Below, piece by piece: positions 19,397 to 22,284 of a DNA stretch of 22,284 bases. The DNA is from Octopus sinensis (lineage: Eukaryota), in the NCBI RefSeq assembly GCF_006345805.1, contig NW_021836786.1, forward strand, positions 1-22,284. The letters run 5' to 3'. The notes under the pieces are model-generated. The model made no database searches. It was given only the letters and a program-made list of their open reading frames with translations, and was not told where the DNA came from. Numbering within the stretch: position 1 is the stretch's first letter; the number at the start of each line of letters is the position of its first letter. A program made the position numbers and the translations under genes.

Positions 19397-20161
19397 GAGC
19401 TGGCAGAAGTGTTAGCACGCTGGACGAAATACGTAGCCGTATTTCGTCTGCCGTTACATTCTGGGTTCAAATCCGCCGAGGTCGACTTTGCCTTCATCCT
19501 TTCGAGGTCGATAATTAAGTACCAGTACGCACTGGGTCGATGTAATCGACTTAATTCGTTTGTCTGTCCTTGTTTGTCCCCTCTACGTTTAGCCCCTTGT
19601 GGGTAATAAAGAAATAGGTATTTCGTCTGCGTTACATTCTGGGTTCAAATCCGCCGAGGTCGACTTTGCCTTTCATCCTTTCGAGGTCGATAAATTAAGT
19701 ACCAGTTACGCAATGGTGTCGATGTAATCGACTTAATTCGTTTGTCTGTCTTGTTTGTCCCCTCTCGTTTAGCCCCTTGTGGGTAATAAAGAAATAGGTA
19801 TTTCGTCTGCCGCTACATCTGGGTTCAAATTCCGCCGAGGTCGACTTTGCCTTTCATCCTTTCGAGGTCGATAAATTAAGTACCAGTTACGCACTGGTGT
19901 CGATGTAATCGACTTAATTCGTTTGTCTGTCCTTGTTTGTCCCCTCTACGTTTAGCCCCTTGTGGGTAATAAAGAAATAGGTATTTCGTCTGCCGTTACA
20001 TTCTGGGTTCAAATTCCGCCGAGGTCGACTTTGCCTTTCATCCTTTCGAGGTCGATAAATTAAGTACCAGTTACGCACTGGTGTCGATGTAATCGACTTA
20101 ATTCGTTTGTCTGTCCTTGTTTGTCCCCTCTATGTTTAGCCCCTTGTGGGTAATAAAGAAA
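19397..20161 (+). mobile_element. Family-C SINE: one head plus four tandem ~180-bp bodies
   Basis: Head GAGCTGGCAGAAG..TTAGCA; bodies start with an (imperfect) GTATTTCGTCTGC at 19439, 19618, 19798 and 19981, each with the B-box-like GGGTTCAAAT(T)CC. Confidence 0.9.
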
Positions 20162-20212
20162 CATATATATATATTTATATTCATGCATATGTATATATAT
20201 GTAAATGTACAT

Positions 20213-20244
<32 letters not shown>

Positions 20245-20354
20245 TCTCTCTCTCACAGAAGAGATGATTGTCCAGTGACAATGATAGTCTAGTAACGAGG
20301 AAGTGTAAACTGTAGTGAAGAAGTGTCTCAAAGAACAGTCAACAGAATTTTATA

Positions 20355-20553
20355 TCAACATTTAAGTTTAATTTGTCAAAATATTTTCTTCGCTTTAAGA
20401 CCGCAACCTGTTCACTGACAAAAATCTGCGCTGCATCCAGTGAACAGGTCGCGGTCTTAAAGCGACGAAAATATTTTGACAAATTAAACTTAAATGTTGA
20501 AGTGAATCGAACGGCTTTTGTGTGTTTCTTAAATGACTTACAAACACCTTCCA

Positions 20554-20587
<34 letters not shown>

Positions 20588-21391
20588 GCATGGAATTTTG
20601 TCAGTGAACAGGTCGCGGTCTTAAAGCGACGGAAATATTTTGACAAATTAAACTTAAATGTTGAAGTGAATCGAACGGCTTTTGTGTGTTTCTTAAATGA
20701 CTTACAAACACCTTCCAATATATCTTTATATATATATATATATATATTATATAGCATGGAATTTTGTCAGTGAACAGTCGCGGTCTTAAAGCGACCAAAA
20801 TATTTTGACAAATTAAACTTAAATGTTGAAGTGAATCCGAACGGCTTTTGTGTGTTTCTTAAATGACTTACAAACACCTTCCAATATAATATATATATAG
20901 ATATATATATATATATATTATATATATATATCTATAGCATGGAATTTTGTCAGTGAACAGGTCGCGGTCTGAAAGCGACAAAAATATTTTGACAAATAAA
21001 ACTTAAATGTTGAAGTGATCGACGGCTTTTGTGTTTTCTTAAATGACTTACAAACACCTTCCATATATATATATATATATATATAATATATTATATAGCA
21101 TGAATTTTGTCAGTGAACAGGTCGCGGTCTTAAGCGACGGAATATTTTGACAAATTAAACTTAAATGTTGAAGTGAATCGAACGGCTTTTGTGTGTTTCT
21201 TAAATGACTTACAACACCTTCCAATATATATATATAGTATATATATATATATATATTATATATATTATAGCATGGAATTTTGTCAGTGAACAGGTCGCGG
21301 TCTGAAAGCGACAAAAATATTTTGACAATTAAACTTAAATGTTGAATGAATCGAACGGCTTTTGTGTGTTTCTTAATGACTTCAAACACCT

Positions 21392-21438
<47 letters not shown>

Positions 21439-21918
21439 CAGGGATTTTGTCAGTGAACAGGTCGCGGTCTGAAAGCGACGAAAATGTTTTGACAAATAAA
21501 CTTAAATGTTGAAGTGAATCGAACGGCTTTTGTGTGTTTCTTAATGACTTACAAACACCTTCCATATATATATATATATATTAATATATATTATATATTA
21601 GCATGGAATTTTGTCAGTGAACAGGTCGCGGTCTGAAAGCGACAAAAATATTTTGACAAATTAAACTAAATGTTGAAGTGAATCGAACGGCTTTTGTGTG
21701 TTTCTAAATGACTTCAAACACCTTCCATATAATATAATATATATATATATATTATATATATATAATATATAAGTATATATATAGCATGAATTTTGTCAGT
21801 GAACAGGTCGCGGTCTGAAAGCGACGAAAATGTTTTGACAAATTAAACTTAAATGTTGAAGTGAATCGAACGGCTTTTGTGTGTTTCTTAAATGACTTAC
21901 AAACACCTTCCAATATAT

Positions 21919-21968
<50 letters not shown>

Positions 21969-22091
21969 AGCATGGAATTTTGTCAGTGAACAGGTCGCGG
22001 TCTGAAAGCGACAATAGTTTTGACAATTAAACTTAAATGTTGAAGTGAATCGAACGGCTTTTGTGTGTTTCTTAATGACTTACAAACACCT

Positions 22092-22141
<50 letters not shown>

Positions 22142-22284
22142 CATATAGCATGGAATTTTGTCAGTGAACAGGTCGCGGTCTGAAAGCGACGAAAATATTT
22201 TGCAAATTAAACTTAAATGTTGAAGTGAATCGAACGGCTTTTGTGTGTTTCTTAAATGACTTACAACACCTTCCAATATATATA
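20355..22284 (+). repeat. Tandem array of at least 11 units (~127-bp core plus variable (TA)n), headed by an inverted copy; each unit carries a hammerhead-like fold
   Basis: CAGTGAACAG occurs at ~20438, 20602, 20768, 20951, 21111, 21284, 21451, 21615, 21797, 21984 and 22162. Inverted arm 20355-20417 pairs with 20438-20500. The array runs off the window end. Confidence 0.92.

Noticed and set aside
20257-20300. Candidate next exon after CTCTCACAG (phase 2 gives GRDDCPVTMIV)
   Set aside because: In-frame TAG after 11 codons and no convincing donor; the pyrimidine tract is a CT microsatellite.
20438-22284. CRISPR-like repeat-spacer appearance
   Set aside because: Repeats are ~127 bp and the spacers are only (TA)n of varying length; no cas genes; eukaryotic context.

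Overview
Eukaryotic, repeat-saturated, AT-rich DNA. It is most likely an octopus (coleoid cephalopod) intronic or intergenic region; this is inferred from the tRNA-derived SINE families and the dense TA/CA/GA/AAT microsatellites, not from a database search. Only one host coding exon is supported: 16001-16155 (+), encoding the start of a Notch-ligand N-terminal (MNNL/C2) domain. The rest is transposon debris: a 5'-truncated CR1/L2-group LINE, several RTE-LINE 3' ends, Penelope-like elements (RT thumb, GIY-YIG endonuclease, pseudo-LTRs), several tRNA-SINE families, a tandem array of piggyBac-like MITEs and Helitron-like pieces. The least obvious signal is a set of minimal hammerhead ribozyme (HHR) motifs. 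Three have canonical cores (368-460, 4360-4459, 17462-17552) and two have CCGAAGA cores (1986-2069, 3739-3801). An 11-unit, ~170-bp tandem array at the window end carries an HHR-like fold with a swapped G3-C8 core, i.e. a retrozyme-like locus. Other notable structure: a LINE and a SINE sharing a 3' tail with a covarying stem-loop, a TSD-bounded chimeric RTE insertion, a twin-priming-like inversion in a Penelope element, and a microhomology template-switch duplication. Almost all ORFs in the supplied track are microsatellite or repeat artefacts. Coordinates were counted by hand and may be off by a few bases.
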